Assembly: GCA_039096225.1 (NCBI GenBank)
Contig: JBBPEB010000006.1
Span: forward strand, 248,001-312,000
DNA length: 64,000 nucleotides
Origin: Blastocystis sp. Blastoise
Taxonomy: Eukaryota > Protista > Bigyra: Opalinata
Reading direction: 5' to 3'
A program made the position numbers and the translations under genes. Numbering within the stretch: position 1 is the first letter of the stretch; the number at the start of each line of letters is the position of its first letter. The notes beneath the pieces were generated by a model, which was not told where the DNA came from, ran no database searches, and saw nothing but the letters and a program-made list of their open reading frames with translations. This document shows, one piece after another, positions 17,122 through 36,400 of the stretch.

Positions 17122-19204
17122 ATGAAAATTATTCATTTTTTATGTGTCTGGTGCATGTTTCTTAGCACAGTTGCCTCATCAATTCGAAATGAGAAACTTT
17201 ATCAAGAAACGGTGGATAACATCGAAAATGTCTTACGAGTATACTTATATTTCTCATTAGTATTAATGCCTATATTATCGATACTATTGATATAGGACCG
17301 ATTTCGGTTTCCTGTTCAAATCAATATAGCATTATTAGGTTTTAATGGTATTATTGATGTTTCTCTTTTCAAAAAATACTTAATGGATGCTCTAAGTACT
17401 TACAGACCATCTTTAAGTGAATCCAATCATGAAAGAGACTTGGAAGTTGAATATAAACTGTCATTTGAAGTATGTTTCTTTTCTATTCTATATATTTATT
17501 ATTTGAAAACACTATAAAAATAGATTGCACATCTGCCTATTTCACTACTCACTAAATATGAGAATACATTAAGACAATATTTCAGTATGTTTTTATTGAT
17601 GTTATTTTTTTTTATTATATTTATTATTAATTATTTATATTTATCTTTTTTTATAATTCTATTTTATTATACTTATTCTTTGGTAATATATTTAATATAT
17701 ATAGATGAAGATTATTTGCGGCAGCCTGAGAAAATTCGTAATTTAAATTTAGACCCAAAATATAAGGTAGAAGTGACAGAACCAACGATGAAATATATCT
17801 TTTCTCTTGTCTATAAAGAAAGTATATAGTTATTATATATATATAATCAATTTTTTTTATATTTACTATATGCTATATTTATTGTATATACTATATTTAT
17901 ATTATTATGAACGTCATATATATATGTATAGTTAAGAATATATTTCATATCGATGAAAAAAACACTATTGTTCCTCATACTGTATATATATTTATATATT
18001 ATATTTATTATAAAATAATTATATATATACATATGTTTATTATATATAGATCTTTCTCCTTAATCCGGATCGTCATGCCTGCCGCCCTACCGACGACGTC
18101 CGAACCCTTACGCGCAGCTTCTCGTATACCTATAGTTATAAGGGTGTAGGATCAGGACAAGTATATATATATATATTTTTTATTTGTTTAATATATATAT
18201 ATTTTATTTGTTTATTATATATATTTTATTTGTTTATTATATATGTTATATACTATATACTATATATTATATATCATGTATTATTAGACTTTTCTTTCTA
18301 TTGTATATATAGACATTTTTGAGTTCAGATCGATATATAGTGATCGATTTAACAGCTTCAAAGAGTTTATTTGGATATCAAGGAGATCTGTATACTTATA
18401 ATGATATATATATGCATAAAGATATTAAATCAAAAGAAACCCTTACATATACGAATACAATTCCTATATATGATAAAACAAAATGTATATATTATGTTTA
18501 TTAGACTATTTATGAATATTGTATGGCTTCATTTATTATATTATTTATTATATTTATAAATATATCATGAATATTATTATTATTATATATATAGCAAAAG
18601 AAGTATTTATAAGTGATTTAGTAACCATGGTTTATAGTTGTTTTCAATATATACTTCTCTCAGATCCTGTTCATACATTTCATAATCAACAAGATCAAGA
18701 AGTATATATATATATATATATTATTCTAGATTCAATTATATATATTATTCTAGATTCAATTACATATATATATATAAATAGAATTATATTGTTCTATATC
18801 TAATTATATATATTCTATATATATATAGATTTATATACCATTATTAGTATATACATCTTCTCACCATTTGGAGCGTTCAAAAATTGAAATGATTGAAAAG
18901 TTAGTCGATCAAATACAAGAATTAATACATAAAATAATACCGGAAAATGACTCTATATTTGTTATTTATGATATTCTTCTTATTAATGATAATATGTATA
19001 TATACATAAAATTACTATTATTATTATTATATTTATTATTATTATTATTTCTTTATATTTATTATTATTATTATTATATTTATTATTATTATTATTTCTT
19101 TATATAGGGCTGTGTCTCTAGCAATACGTCGAAGTATGCGTATATATAGAGATATATATGAATATATATATGATGAATCTAATATACCCACAAAAAATTA
19201 TATA

Positions 19205-19265
<61 letters not shown>

Positions 19266-19373
19266 TTATTATAGGATGGTCATCATTTAATTACCTTACT
19301 AAATAATATTACATATATTCATAAACAACATCTATTTCAAAAATACAAACTTCCTATTTCTTATCTTGGTATA

Positions 19374-19442
<69 letters not shown>

Positions 19443-20081
19443 CTGAGCTATTATTATTATTATTATTATATATAATATCAACTATTTATAGATAAGCCTA
19501 TAAAAGGTGTACGAATTATTCCAATGTATTTCATTATATATTTCTATATATATCTACATAATAACTATATATATATAGTTATTTAATACAATTAAATATC
19601 GAAGAGTATAATAAAGATTTAATTCTTCAAAATAATGATCTATTTACTATATATGATGTATATAATTTTATTATTATATATATTACTATATATATATAGG
19701 ATTCTATATTAGTATTATCTCTAAATAATAAATATATATCAACGGAATATATTCAAGAACAGAAGACTGTATATATTGATGGATTTAATACTATGAAATA
19801 TATTTCACAAGCACTTTATATGGAACTGGTATATATATATATATAATATTCAAAGTATTCCCGTGATTATTGATATTATATATATATATATAGTGTAATA
19901 TATCTCCTCCATATCGAAAATATTCATCTCTTTCTCATAAATATGTCTATAGCTATATATCCTTTTATATATATATTATTATTACTATTATTATTATATT
20001 ATTATTATATTATTATTATCTGAGATATTATTATCTGAGATATTATTATCTGAGATATTATTATTATTATTATTATTATTA

Positions 20082-20163
<82 letters not shown>

Positions 20164-21210
20164 CTGATTTATTATTATCTGATTTATTATTATTATCCTT
20201 AATATATGAACTTATGGTCAATAGGTGAATCACCTTTTGGACCATTCACCAAAACAAATGAGCTTTCTAAAGTATATATATATACATAGAATATATATCT
20301 TATTCTCTACATAATCTTAATGAATTCATTCTTCTAGATCTATATTGACTTATATAAACGTAATACATATATTGTGAGTTTAGATGCATATAAAACATCT
20401 TTAGTAACTATATATAATGAACTGGATAAATTCTTCAGAACTTATTTGTATATATATTATTATATTTGTTATATTTGTTGTGTTTTTTGTATTACTGTCT
20501 TTATTGTATACAGTTTTCATTATAATAATTATTATATTTATTATATTTATTATATTTATTCTGTAGTTCTTCTCCTTCAGATGTATCTTCTAATTTACTT
20601 TCTTCTCTGTATATTCATTATGTTTCTACCCATCTCTTCTCGTCTTATCCACCATCCCTTCAGCGTCTTTTCACAGATCTCTCCAACTCTTATGCCGAAT
20701 ATTTAGGCCTACTTTCAATATATAAACAACTTCAAACAACCATTCTTACTACTGTATATATATATATATTATTCATTTAATATTGACCAACTAGTTATAT
20801 AATTATTGAATCATTATTCTCAAGAATTATATTTATATATATATATAGTCGAATTATATACCAATAGATGATTCTATGGAAGAAGTATATATCTTTCAAA
20901 AAGAATTGTATTCCATGATGGAACACTATTCTATACAACTATCATGTTGCCATCTTCAATATCATGTATATATATAATAGAATAAAGACAATAAACTATA
21001 TTATCATGACTAGCATATTATCATATTACATATATATATATTTCAAACAATATTTAATATATACTTATATATCTAGTTTTTAATAAATCATATATATAGG
21101 TATTAAAACCAGATATAAATATTGCACTATATATATTTATATTATGTATCTTATTATTTTTATTTGTATATATCCTTTTCTTTTTCTATAAATCGAAACA
21201 TTTAAAATAA
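17122..21210 (+). CDS. Uncharacterised type-I membrane protein resembling the Arabidopsis At3g28720/At5g58100 family; about 18 exons
   Basis: Signal peptide MKIIHFLCVWCMFLSTVAS, segments VQINIALLGFNG, RYIVIDLTA, VFISDLVTMVY and YLWSIGESPFGPF..KRNTYIVSL, then a C-terminal TM helix and basic tail. Family resemblance is from memory of the plant proteins. Confidence 0.65.
19957..20211 (+). other. U12-type AT-AC intron (255 nt, phase 0)
   Basis: Canonical donor ATATCCTTTT, branch TCCTTAAT at 20196-20203, end TGAAC. Removal gives YSY|LWSIGESPFGPF. Confidence 0.92.
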
Positions 21211-22348
21211 GATAGATTTATTTGATCATCTTCTTTTATCATATTTTATTATTTTAATGAAAAAAAAATTATTATATTTATATATATATACATTTGTATC
21301 GAAATTAACCTATAAATTATATCGATACGTTTTCATTATTTTATATTATATTTTATGTGATGTTTATTATATATATGTATATATACATTAATCCTCTTTT
21401 TGTTCTCTCCCTTGTTTACTACAGTATGTTGTGTTTATCTATAGTTTATCACTTTTTCGTTTTTATTTTTCTTGTATATATATATATATTTTTTTTTAAT
21501 TAGTTTTATTTTTTTCACTTTCTTCTCTTTTTACACTTTTCTATTAATTATTGAAAATTAATGTTTTATTTATTAATTATTTTGATCATCAAATCTATTC
21601 TTTTGCATAAAGTTTATTTTTTTATGATTTTCAAGTACTTTTTTATATCCTTTAATCTCATTAGTCACATTCAGTTATATCAACTATTTTTTACACTTAA
21701 TAGCATCAATTTCTTTTACATATTTATTAGTATACTTTTAAACATTTTCATTGATAGCTCATTTTTTCAGTTTCGTTTTGAAATCCACAAACACATAAAT
21801 ACTTAAGCATCTATATAGATTAAAGAAACTGAAGATCCTTGGCATAATCTTTATAGCATTAACTCTAATTTTATTCCCTTCATCTTAATTTTTATACCAT
21901 TATTTGTCATTATTCATCTATTTGATGTTTTGACGATTTCGTTAATAAAGACATATTAAGCTATTCTTATTTTAAAGTATTGTATTCATAATCTATATGA
22001 TAACACATAATAGAATGCATTCTATAATCTATAATGTTAGTAAACACGGTATAAGGTCAAGTATCATATAAGATTCATATATCCACTATCTATACCACCA
22101 AATAAATGAAAAAGAAAAACAATTTGAAAAAAATAAAGGGTGATGATCATAAAATAAGGGTTATAATGAAAATAATCGTGATTTTGGGTTGATGACGAAT
22201 TCTTGAACTTTTTCAATTCTGATTCATAATCTATATAATTGCTAGCTTTGAAAATATTTTATATTTTCCCTTAGGGTATTCTTTTACAATTCTGATTTGT
22301 TATTATAAATTACTAGAGCAGAACAACGAGTCTTCAATTGATTAGTCA

Positions 22349-23430
22349 ATGGGAAATACTACTAGTAATGATGGACCTATGTCCATAAGATCTTCTCCAA
22401 ATGAAGAGGATCTTATAAATGGCAAAATCGGAATGGATGAGAAAGTTTACACTGATATGACGAAAGATATGATGCCATGTGTTTTTAGATGGCCTGCACA
22501 AGGAAATAATGTTTATTTAGCTGCCAAGTTTCTTCATGATTGGAATACAAAAGTATGCTGATATTTTTAATTATTTTATGTGATTATTTATTTATTTATT
22601 TGGGGTTTTTTAACTCTATTTTGAATATTATTATCTATTTTTTTTTTCTAATTCCTTTTATATATATATATTTCTTTATATATGTATATATTCCTTTTTT
22701 TTCTTAGTATTTTCTATGAAATATATATTAATATACTATTCTATAGGTGAAACTACATAGAAGTGGTAATGATTTATATACTATTCAATGGGTTCCTAAA
22801 TATGGGAATCAGTCCTATAAGTTTCTCGTCGACGGTGAATGGAAAACGGCCCCAAATCAATTAACTACTGCGGAAAGTGGATATACAAATAATTATATTA
22901 ATTTAGAAAAATTTGTTAGTTTAGAAGATGAAGATAGACTTATGCAAGAAACAGAAAAGAAAAAAACAGAAGCACAATTTAATGAAGTATATATATGGAA
23001 TACTATATGTGTTTATATATGATAAACCTATACTATATGTATTATGTAATACTATCTCATAATTTATTATATATATATATAGTACCATAATCCTCCAGGT
23101 TATGCTGATTTCGCGGGAGATCCCCCAGTATTACCGCCATATTTACGTCAAATTATTCTTAATAAAGTATGTATTCTATATTCTAGTATACTATTCATTA
23201 TTCTATTCTTATTGTATATCTTTTTCTTTAATATTCTATTTTTATTTCACTACTTTTTTTAGCCTTCTAAAGATGGAGTAGCAAAACATTTGTGTTCTCC
23301 TTCTCATGTGACCATCAACCACTTATATTGTCGATCTTTAGAGATCGGTATGGTTATTACTGGAAGTACAGTACGATATGACAAGAAATTCGTCACTACA
23401 ATCTATTTCAATTATACACCCAAAAACTAA
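22349..23430 (+). CDS. AMPK/SNF1 beta subunit; 4 exons
   Basis: MGNTTS myristoylation motif, CBM48 segment (CVFRW..YKFLVDGEW) and ASC domain (PPVLPPYL..HVTINHLY..RYDKKFVTTIY). Confidence 0.93.
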
Positions 23431-24622
23431 ATTGCATTCAACTTATACTATATTTAAATTATCCATTTTATTCTCTTTGTATCACTTACTTAATAGAATT
23501 GCTTCTTTTTTTAATAATTTTGATTTTTTTATTCTTATGCTCTTATTCATATGTATATAGTAATATATATATACATATATATATTTTTATTTTATTTATT
23601 TTAAACTTGTACACTATATATAATTCTTTATTTTCATATAAAACTAAGAATTTGCTGTTATATATGTATATATAACAATTTTGTAATATTTTATTTTTAT
23701 AAATATGTAGTTTTATTTTTCTCTCTTTACTCTTATATATATACATATACATATATATATATCATTTCTATATTCTCGTGATCTTTTTCATTTTTTTTTT
23801 ATTTATGAAAGACAATCTATCTATATTTTTTCTATTCTATATAAATATATATATTCTTTTTCGTTAATTAAGATTTGTCTTCTTCTTCTCCATTTTATCG
23901 TTTGTTTTTTTTATTTATAACTTTTTATTATTTATATATATATTAATTAACTTGTATTGACTAGTCTTATGCATTTCTTTTTATTAGTTTCCATGAAGAT
24001 TCTTTGAATTCTATTGTTTTTTTTTGTTGCTTATAATATTTCATTGTATATATAACATTTTTGTTTTCATTACCTAACAACAATAAATGAATCCATTTAC
24101 AACGAAATTAATTATTTAAATTAACATAGAATAAGACATATATATTTGACAAACCAGTCAATAAAAGATTATAGATGGAAAACAAAGAATTCATATAATA
24201 CTATATAAACTAGTTACCAAAAACAATATAATCTATATTTTTAAAATATTTTCATAATGCTTTTTGTTCATAAACAGAGTTCTTTAATAAATTTTGATTT
24301 ATATATTTCATGATAATAGAATATATATATATAATATTAAGATTAGAATCTATTAAATCTTTCTGATTTATTTTTTAAATCTATATAATCAACAATTTAT
24401 TTAATTATTATATTATTATTATAGTATACTATGAATCCCATAACTGGCAATAGATGTTTCAACTTTAATAATACAATGAAACAATAATATTGATTACAAT
24501 ACGTATATAGCATATCATAACCATATTTCATTTATTATATGAACTGTAATAAACCACCAAAAGGAACATAAAACTAGTAAACAATGAATCTTTTATAGAG
24601 CTCAATGAATAATATACCTTGT

Positions 24623-24799
24623 TCATATTTTCCTTTTTCCTTCAACTTTTACATTATCAATTAAAATATTAATTCTAAAAGAAGAGACACCAGTTTGCTC
24701 AATCTCTGTAATTTCTTTTTTTATATCACTAATTTTCGTTTATTATTCGTCATCATCATGAATTCATTGTTTCTTCATTATCTTAACAGTAATAAGCAT
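24623..24799 (-). pseudogene. Decayed ubiquitin-like-domain reading frame
   Basis: MLITVKIMKKQ*IHDDDE**TKISDIKKEITEIEQTGVSSFRINILIDNVKVEGKRKI* aligns without gaps to ubiquitin residues 1-34 (M1, I3, V5, K6, I13, E18, I23, K27, I30, E34) but has in-frame stops. Confidence 0.4.
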
Positions 24800-24965
24800 A
24801 GAATACTTCAATTATATCCATATATGAAACTCAATTTGTTCTTTATTCGGATTTTGAACTCTTTATTATATAGAAACAACAGCGTGGTATACGAAAAATA
24901 ATTATTCAGCATTAGTAATCTTTTAAATAATAGAAAAATACAAAAACATATATTTTTTAAATAAT

Positions 24966-24971
24966 AAAAAA
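24966..24971 (-). terminator. Pol III T-run terminator of tRNA-Sec
   Basis: T6 run 2 nt downstream of the discriminator base. Confidence 0.7.
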
Positions 24972-24973
24972 GA

Positions 24974-25060
24974 CGCAGGTCAGGCGGAATTGAACCGCTG
25001 GGCCATTACTCCCCTACGGATTTGAAGTCCGCACTTGACACCAGCCAAGATCAGCCCTGC
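24974..25060 (-). tRNA. tRNA-Sec (anticodon UCA)
   Basis: GCAGGGCTG-AT-CTTGGC-TGGT-GTCAAG-T-GCGGA-CTTCAAA-TCCGT-A-GGGGAGTAATGGCCCA-GCGG-TTCAATT-CCGC-CTGACCTGC-G. Eukaryotic 9/4 fold with a 6-bp D stem, long variable arm and G discriminator. Confidence 0.97.
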
Positions 25061-25086
25061 ACAAACAAATAAAGGTGTTTATTTTA

Positions 25087-25093
25087 TTATATA
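25087..25093 (-). promoter_or_regulatory. TATA box upstream of tRNA-Sec
   Basis: TATATAA at -33..-27. Eukaryotic tRNA-Sec genes typically use upstream promoters, but the AT-rich background lowers confidence. Confidence 0.45.
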
Positions 25094-25244
25094 AGTAATT
25101 CATCTTTTATAGTAATTATTTCAGTTTGTAACTGAAATAAAGTGAATGAAAAAAAACATATTTCTAAAGTATATCATTTGATTTATCTTTAAAGTCAATT
25201 TGTTTATGTATTTTAACTATCTATCTCATATTTAATAGAAATAG

Positions 25245-26585
<1,341 letters not shown>

Positions 26586-27245
26586 TTCATTATCTTGCCT
26601 ATTCTTCTCTTCTTCTCATAAAAATATAGTTTTCCTCTTTTCATTTGTGTTTTTTTTATTCATATTTTAACTAGTTTTATTGTTCAAATTGATCTATTAT
26701 TGTTTTGTAAATCTTTTTTTATTATTTAGAAGAACTCATAAAAAAAATTTCTAATTAAAAAGTATAATGTAATAAAAAATTGCTTAATAGTCAAATAAAA
26801 CCTAATCAACAAAATATAATTATTTTAAGATATCGAATAACAATCACTATAGAAATATGAATCAAGGAAAAAGTAATATATAGGATTAATCAATGTAAAT
26901 AATAATCAAAAATAGAAAAGAATATACTTATAAGAAAATGAATGAAAAGAAGCCTAAAAATAGAATAAGAGAAAAAGAGAATACATGAAAATATAATATA
27001 AACCCAAAACAAAAGGAAAAAGAAAAGAAAATTAAAATTGAATTTAAAATGGTTATAGTAAAAATGAATGCAAAATAAAATGAGTAAAATAAGAATATTA
27101 TAAATTAATTTTGTTTAAAAAAAATATAATTTTATTGCAACAAAATTTGTAAAAAAGTAATGTATAATAAAGAGAAGCTAGAATAGATAATAAAAATAGT
27201 ATATGATTGTTAGTTAGACATAAAACTATGAATATAACGAATAGA

Positions 27246-29199
27246 TTATATCTTCACAACTCCGAATTGTCTTTGAAGAAGATCAAAACATGCATAGCTA
27301 ATTCCCATCGACATAGGTCCCTTAAACCAATTCATAGATACACCTTTAAAGAAAGAAGAAAAACCTTCTTGAGTATATATATAACGAATAGTCTAAATAT
27401 AGATATAGATATAGATATAGATATAGATATAGATATAGATATAGATATAGATATAGATATAGATATAGATATAGATATAGATATAGATATAGATATAGAT
27501 ATAGATATAGATATAGATATAGATATAGATATAGATATAGATATAGATATAGATATAGATATATAAAAAAAAGACAAAAAGAAACAAAGATTATAATATG
27601 AATATATACAAACTAAATTACATATATATAAGAATAAATGAAGATAAAAAGAGTATTCTTATAAGATATATATATATATAAATACAGAATAAAGTGTTCT
27701 ATATTGTGATGTGTTTGTCTTAGAGAACACGGCAGACTGCATTCTACGACGAACTACATCCACAGGGTAAGTAACTATATATATATATATATAAAATATA
27801 GCTAAAGAAGAGAAAAGATAGATAACTTTAGTTAACATATATATAAATATAAAGAGACTTTGAATTCTTAATGATTAAATATATATATACATGTTTGTGC
27901 GGAGATGGCAGCAACAGCACCACAAAACCATCGTTGCATGAGTGTTGCACGTGCTCCATGATTCACGTGATCTTGTAAAAACTAAAGAATGAATAAAGAA
28001 TATATATATATAATAAAAATATATATTATTTTAATAAAAATACAATAGAAAAAAAGTAAACATAATAATATATATAAAAAAGAAATAGTGAAATCAAAAT
28101 GACAATACAAAAAAAAATATATATATATATATATAATTCAAATAAAACCCTATATATGTATACTTGTCGAATAGAATCCATGACCATCCAAGAAATGCCG
28201 CTGTAGGGGAGGACACCAATTAATGCCGCCGAGAGACCGTGGTAAAATGTTAATGGACCCTACAGAAAGAGGAAAGATAGATGATAAGAATAAAAGAATA
28301 TATAGAAAAACAAAGTAAATATACATATAAAAATGGATTACTCTATCATAGAATAATAAAATCAAGAAAATAAATCATATATAAATAATAGTATATTTTA
28401 TATAGAATAATACAAGATTGATGAGTATATATAGTATATACCTCTGTTAAGTAGATATTTTTGATAGCAATACCAATGTGTTTATAAGTAGTTTCCATCG
28501 ACTGAAGAACCATCCTCGTCTTCAGGAAATCAAATGGATACGTAAGAAGTGTAGCTGTAGCTCCTATAATATATATAGAGAGAAATAGAACAATCATAGA
28601 GGAGATGAAATCATTGAATATATTATATAAAGAAAATTATTTAAAATATATACACAACTATTTATAATAATTATGTATAGTTATTTCATATCAATTTGTA
28701 TAAATAATTATAATCATAAATCTATTGCAAACATACCTGAAGCAGCTCCAGCAACAAATCTTTGTAATGGAGTCAATTCCGTGTAATCATCTTTTGCTAA
28801 ATAGCCACCATAAATTCCAAAAGCCATATATTGAGTTGCTGCATAAGGCATCACTCTTAGAAGAGTAGCTGTATTTCCTTTCCATAACGCTCGAAAACCC
28901 TCTGTTCTAAATGTTTGAATAAGTTTTTCAAAGCAACGCTTATATGAAAATGGAATCTTTGACACTTGAAATATAATTTTAGCTCTTTCGAAAGGTGCAA
29001 TACATGTTTTTGCAATACAACCAGCCAAACCACCAGCTAAAAGAGACTTGCAAAATAGTAACGGTGTCAACTTCTTCCGGATTTGAACTTTTTTCTTCTT
29101 CTTATTTGCATCTTCTATATATTTATTATCTTGTTTCTTCATTTGTCGTAAATGATGATTCTCATTTTGGGAGACTTCGTTGGTTTCATTATGATTCAT
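27246..29199 (-). CDS. Mitochondrial carrier, SLC25A42/Leu5 (CoA carrier)-like; 6 exons
   Basis: AGGLAGCIAKTCIAPFERAKIIFQ, LWKGNTATLLRVMPYAA, TYPFDFLKTRM, TYPVDVVRRRMQ and FKGVSMNWFKGP. Confidence 0.88.
27397..27560. repeat. Perfect (ATATAG)n hexamer microsatellite, about 27 copies, in the last intron of the carrier gene
   Basis: Directly visible. It abuts the 3' splice site of that intron on the minus strand. Confidence 0.95.
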
Positions 29200-30294
29200 C
29201 GTAGAACAAAGCTTATCATATGAATCAGGATATCTTAATAAAATATGAGTCCCAGGCAATATGGATATTGACGATTTCAAAAAAATAAAAAACAACAAAA
29301 AACAACAAATAAGAAAGCTCAAAATCAACAGTGTCCAAAAGGACGCTTTTCGAAGGCGATCATTTTTTCTGCGTCATTTATGGGAAAGAACCGCGAATCT
29401 CATTATCCAAAAACTAAAAAGGGAAACGTTTCTCTCTTTCGAAAAGACTTCTTTTTTATTCTTTTTCTTTTTTTATGTCTATTTCCTTTGAATCACATAA
29501 AGAATAGTCCTCATTATATATAGAATCATTAAAGACCTTGAGGATGTCATCCTTTCCAATATTTTTTATTCTCAAAGTATTTATATTATTAATCTCTGCC
29601 AAAAACTATGGAATCTCGTATCTATATTATCCGCATCATGATAAATAAGCAGTCTCTCTTAACATATATAAAATTATTCTTTAAGTGTATTTTATTAAGC
29701 TATTTTTTTTAAGAAAAGTGACTCATTATTATTGTGTGCTAATAAAAATAATTTTTAAATCACAAAATTCCGATAGTTAAATTAGTTCTAATTTTTCGTA
29801 CATCATAGACAGGTTCAGTGATTATTATGATACAAAAAAAGAAAAATGAATAAATTATTAATAATAAAATGGAAATGGAAACTATTACATTTTAGTCATA
29901 AAATATATGTTGATATGAATCATAACAACATATATATTGAAAAATTCATGATAATTTGTTAAAAAAGTGAAATCTAAAATGAATATACATGCAATACATA
30001 ATATCATTCCACGATAACTCTTCTTCTTACACTGTTATTTCATGAATAAATTTCATTTCATACAAGAATTACTACAAAACAATTCATCTAGTGAATCCTG
30101 TAACTTCAACCAATAAACTAATACGCAAAAAGCAGTCTTTGGATTATAAAAAATATTTTTTGTAACATTTTGAACTTTAATGAAATCCTAAATAGAAAAA
30201 ATATATAAAAATATACATTTTCGTTGCTTTTTTTATTGGTTTTCTATTTTCACATTTAATTTCACTTATTATTATTGTTGTTTACATATATAAT

Positions 30295-34563
<4,269 letters not shown>

Positions 34564-35006
34564 TACATTTTTTAAAGTAAAATTCTATTAGTTATATTAT
34601 TATAATGTTTTTTTTTTTGTTATATTAAATTTTATTCTAAACAATATGAAATATGTAATGTAGACTCTAGTATAAATTGTTTGGAAACAGTGAACAAACA
34701 ACGAAATAAAGAAATATAATCTTTTGATTCATATCACGAACATGAAACCAAATAATTATATTATAAATATTATAAATAAAAAAAAATGTAATTTGAATTG
34801 TACGATATATGCAATACATAGAAAAAAAATTCTCCATACTCATAAAGAAAACATATTATCATAAGGATATAAATGAAAAGAAGGATATAAACATAAGTTA
34901 AATAAAAAATGAAATAAAATATATATATATATAACTATTTGAAAATAAGATGTAATTAAATACTGTATGAAACATGTTATACAATCTTATTTATATCTAC
35001 GATAAC

Positions 35007-35630
35007 TTACATATGTATTTTAGGCATTTCTTTTGTTAAGTATTGAATGATACCGTCTCTAGTAGGTACAATTGCAGCTCTACCACTTTTCCATCCTTCA
35101 GGACAAGGATTACCATACATATCATAATATTGAAGGGCTTTAAGAACACGTAATGTCTCGTCAACACTACGAGCAACACCATTATCATTGATACAGACAT
35201 GTCGTAATTTACCATTAGGATCTATTAAGAAAAGTCCACGGAAAGCTTGAGCATAATCTAATCCAGATTTATCAGGATTATAAACACCATAAGCCTTCAT
35301 AACTTCACGATCAACATCAGAAAGAAGAGGGAATTGTACTTTATTTTCTAATCCACCTTGAGTATGAGGAGTACTTAACCAATTCAAATGTATATAAGGA
35401 GAATCACCAGAGATACCCACAATTTCACAACCTAAAAAGTTAAATTCTTCAAGTCTTTCAGAAAACGCAATAAGTTCTGTTGGGCAAACGAAGGTGAAAT
35501 CCATAGGATAAAAAATAAGACATACCCAATTATCTTTTTGATTTTCTAAAGACCAATTGTAAGTTAAATCAGAATTTTGTGCACCATTTAATACAAAATT
35601 AGGAGCTTGACAACCTATACAACAACTCAT
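35007..35630 (-). CDS. Typical 2-Cys peroxiredoxin (Prx1/AhpC), intronless
   Basis: FYPMDFTFVCPTE, RGLFLIDP, RSVDETLR and resolving CPEGW. Likely start MSCCIG at 35630. Confidence 0.93.
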   Translation of the reverse strand: MSCCIGCQAPNFVLNGAQNSDLTYNWSLENQKDNWVCLIFYPMDFTFVCPTELIAFSERLEEFNFLGCEIVGISGDSPYIHLNWLSTPHTQGGLENKVQFPLLSDVDREVMKAYGVYNPDKSGLDYAQAFRGLFLIDPNGKLRHVCINDNGVARSVDETLRVLKALQYYDMYGNPCPEGWKSGRAAIVPTRDGIIQYLTKEMPKIHM

Positions 35631-36074
35631 AAACAATAAAAAAATAGAATATAAAAGTAATATCAGATAAACAAAAGAAATAATATAGATCATTATTGTT
35701 GTTAGAGAAAAGAATAGCGGTATTCTTCGTATGTTTGATTGGTTAGTTTTTAATAAATTGATTATTCGATTGGTTTATCTGTAAAATGACTTTTTTTATT
35801 TATTTCATATGAAAACAAAAATTGAGAAACTGAAGAGTCAGCTTTGATCATTTTCATGAACAATTCGTTCATTTTATAAGGATGAAATATATCCAATACT
35901 TTAAAGTACTTTGCATTCATTTAAAAAAAAAAAAACAACATTAATAAATTTTGATTAGAAGGAAGAACAAGATATATATATTATGTAAGAATTGAATAAA
36001 AAAGAGTAATGACAAAAAAATATGTAATAGAAGCAAAGAAATGTAAGAAAACAATAAATAAAACACTACATGAT

Positions 36075-36368
36075 TTAGTTGTTTTCACACCATTGTCTGG
36101 CATTTTGGAACATTCTTAACCAAGGAGAAACCTTGTTGTCCCATTCTTGAGGCCAATAAGGCCATTGATAAGGAAGGAAAACTCTTTCAGGATGAGGCAT
36201 CATGCAAGTATGTCTACCATCCTTAGTAGTAAGACCAACAATAGAATCTTCAGAACCATTAGGATTAAGAGGATATTCCATAGTAGGCTAAAAATATATA
36301 GAAATAATAATAGTTTTTGTATATAATAAATAATAGATAATAATAATAATAATAATAATATAATAATA

Positions 36369-36400
<32 letters not shown>

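Noticed and set aside
27397-27560. (ATATAG)n as an interstitial telomere or CRISPR-like array
   Set aside because: It is an intronic derivative of (AT)n with no G-rich telomeric motif and no spacers.
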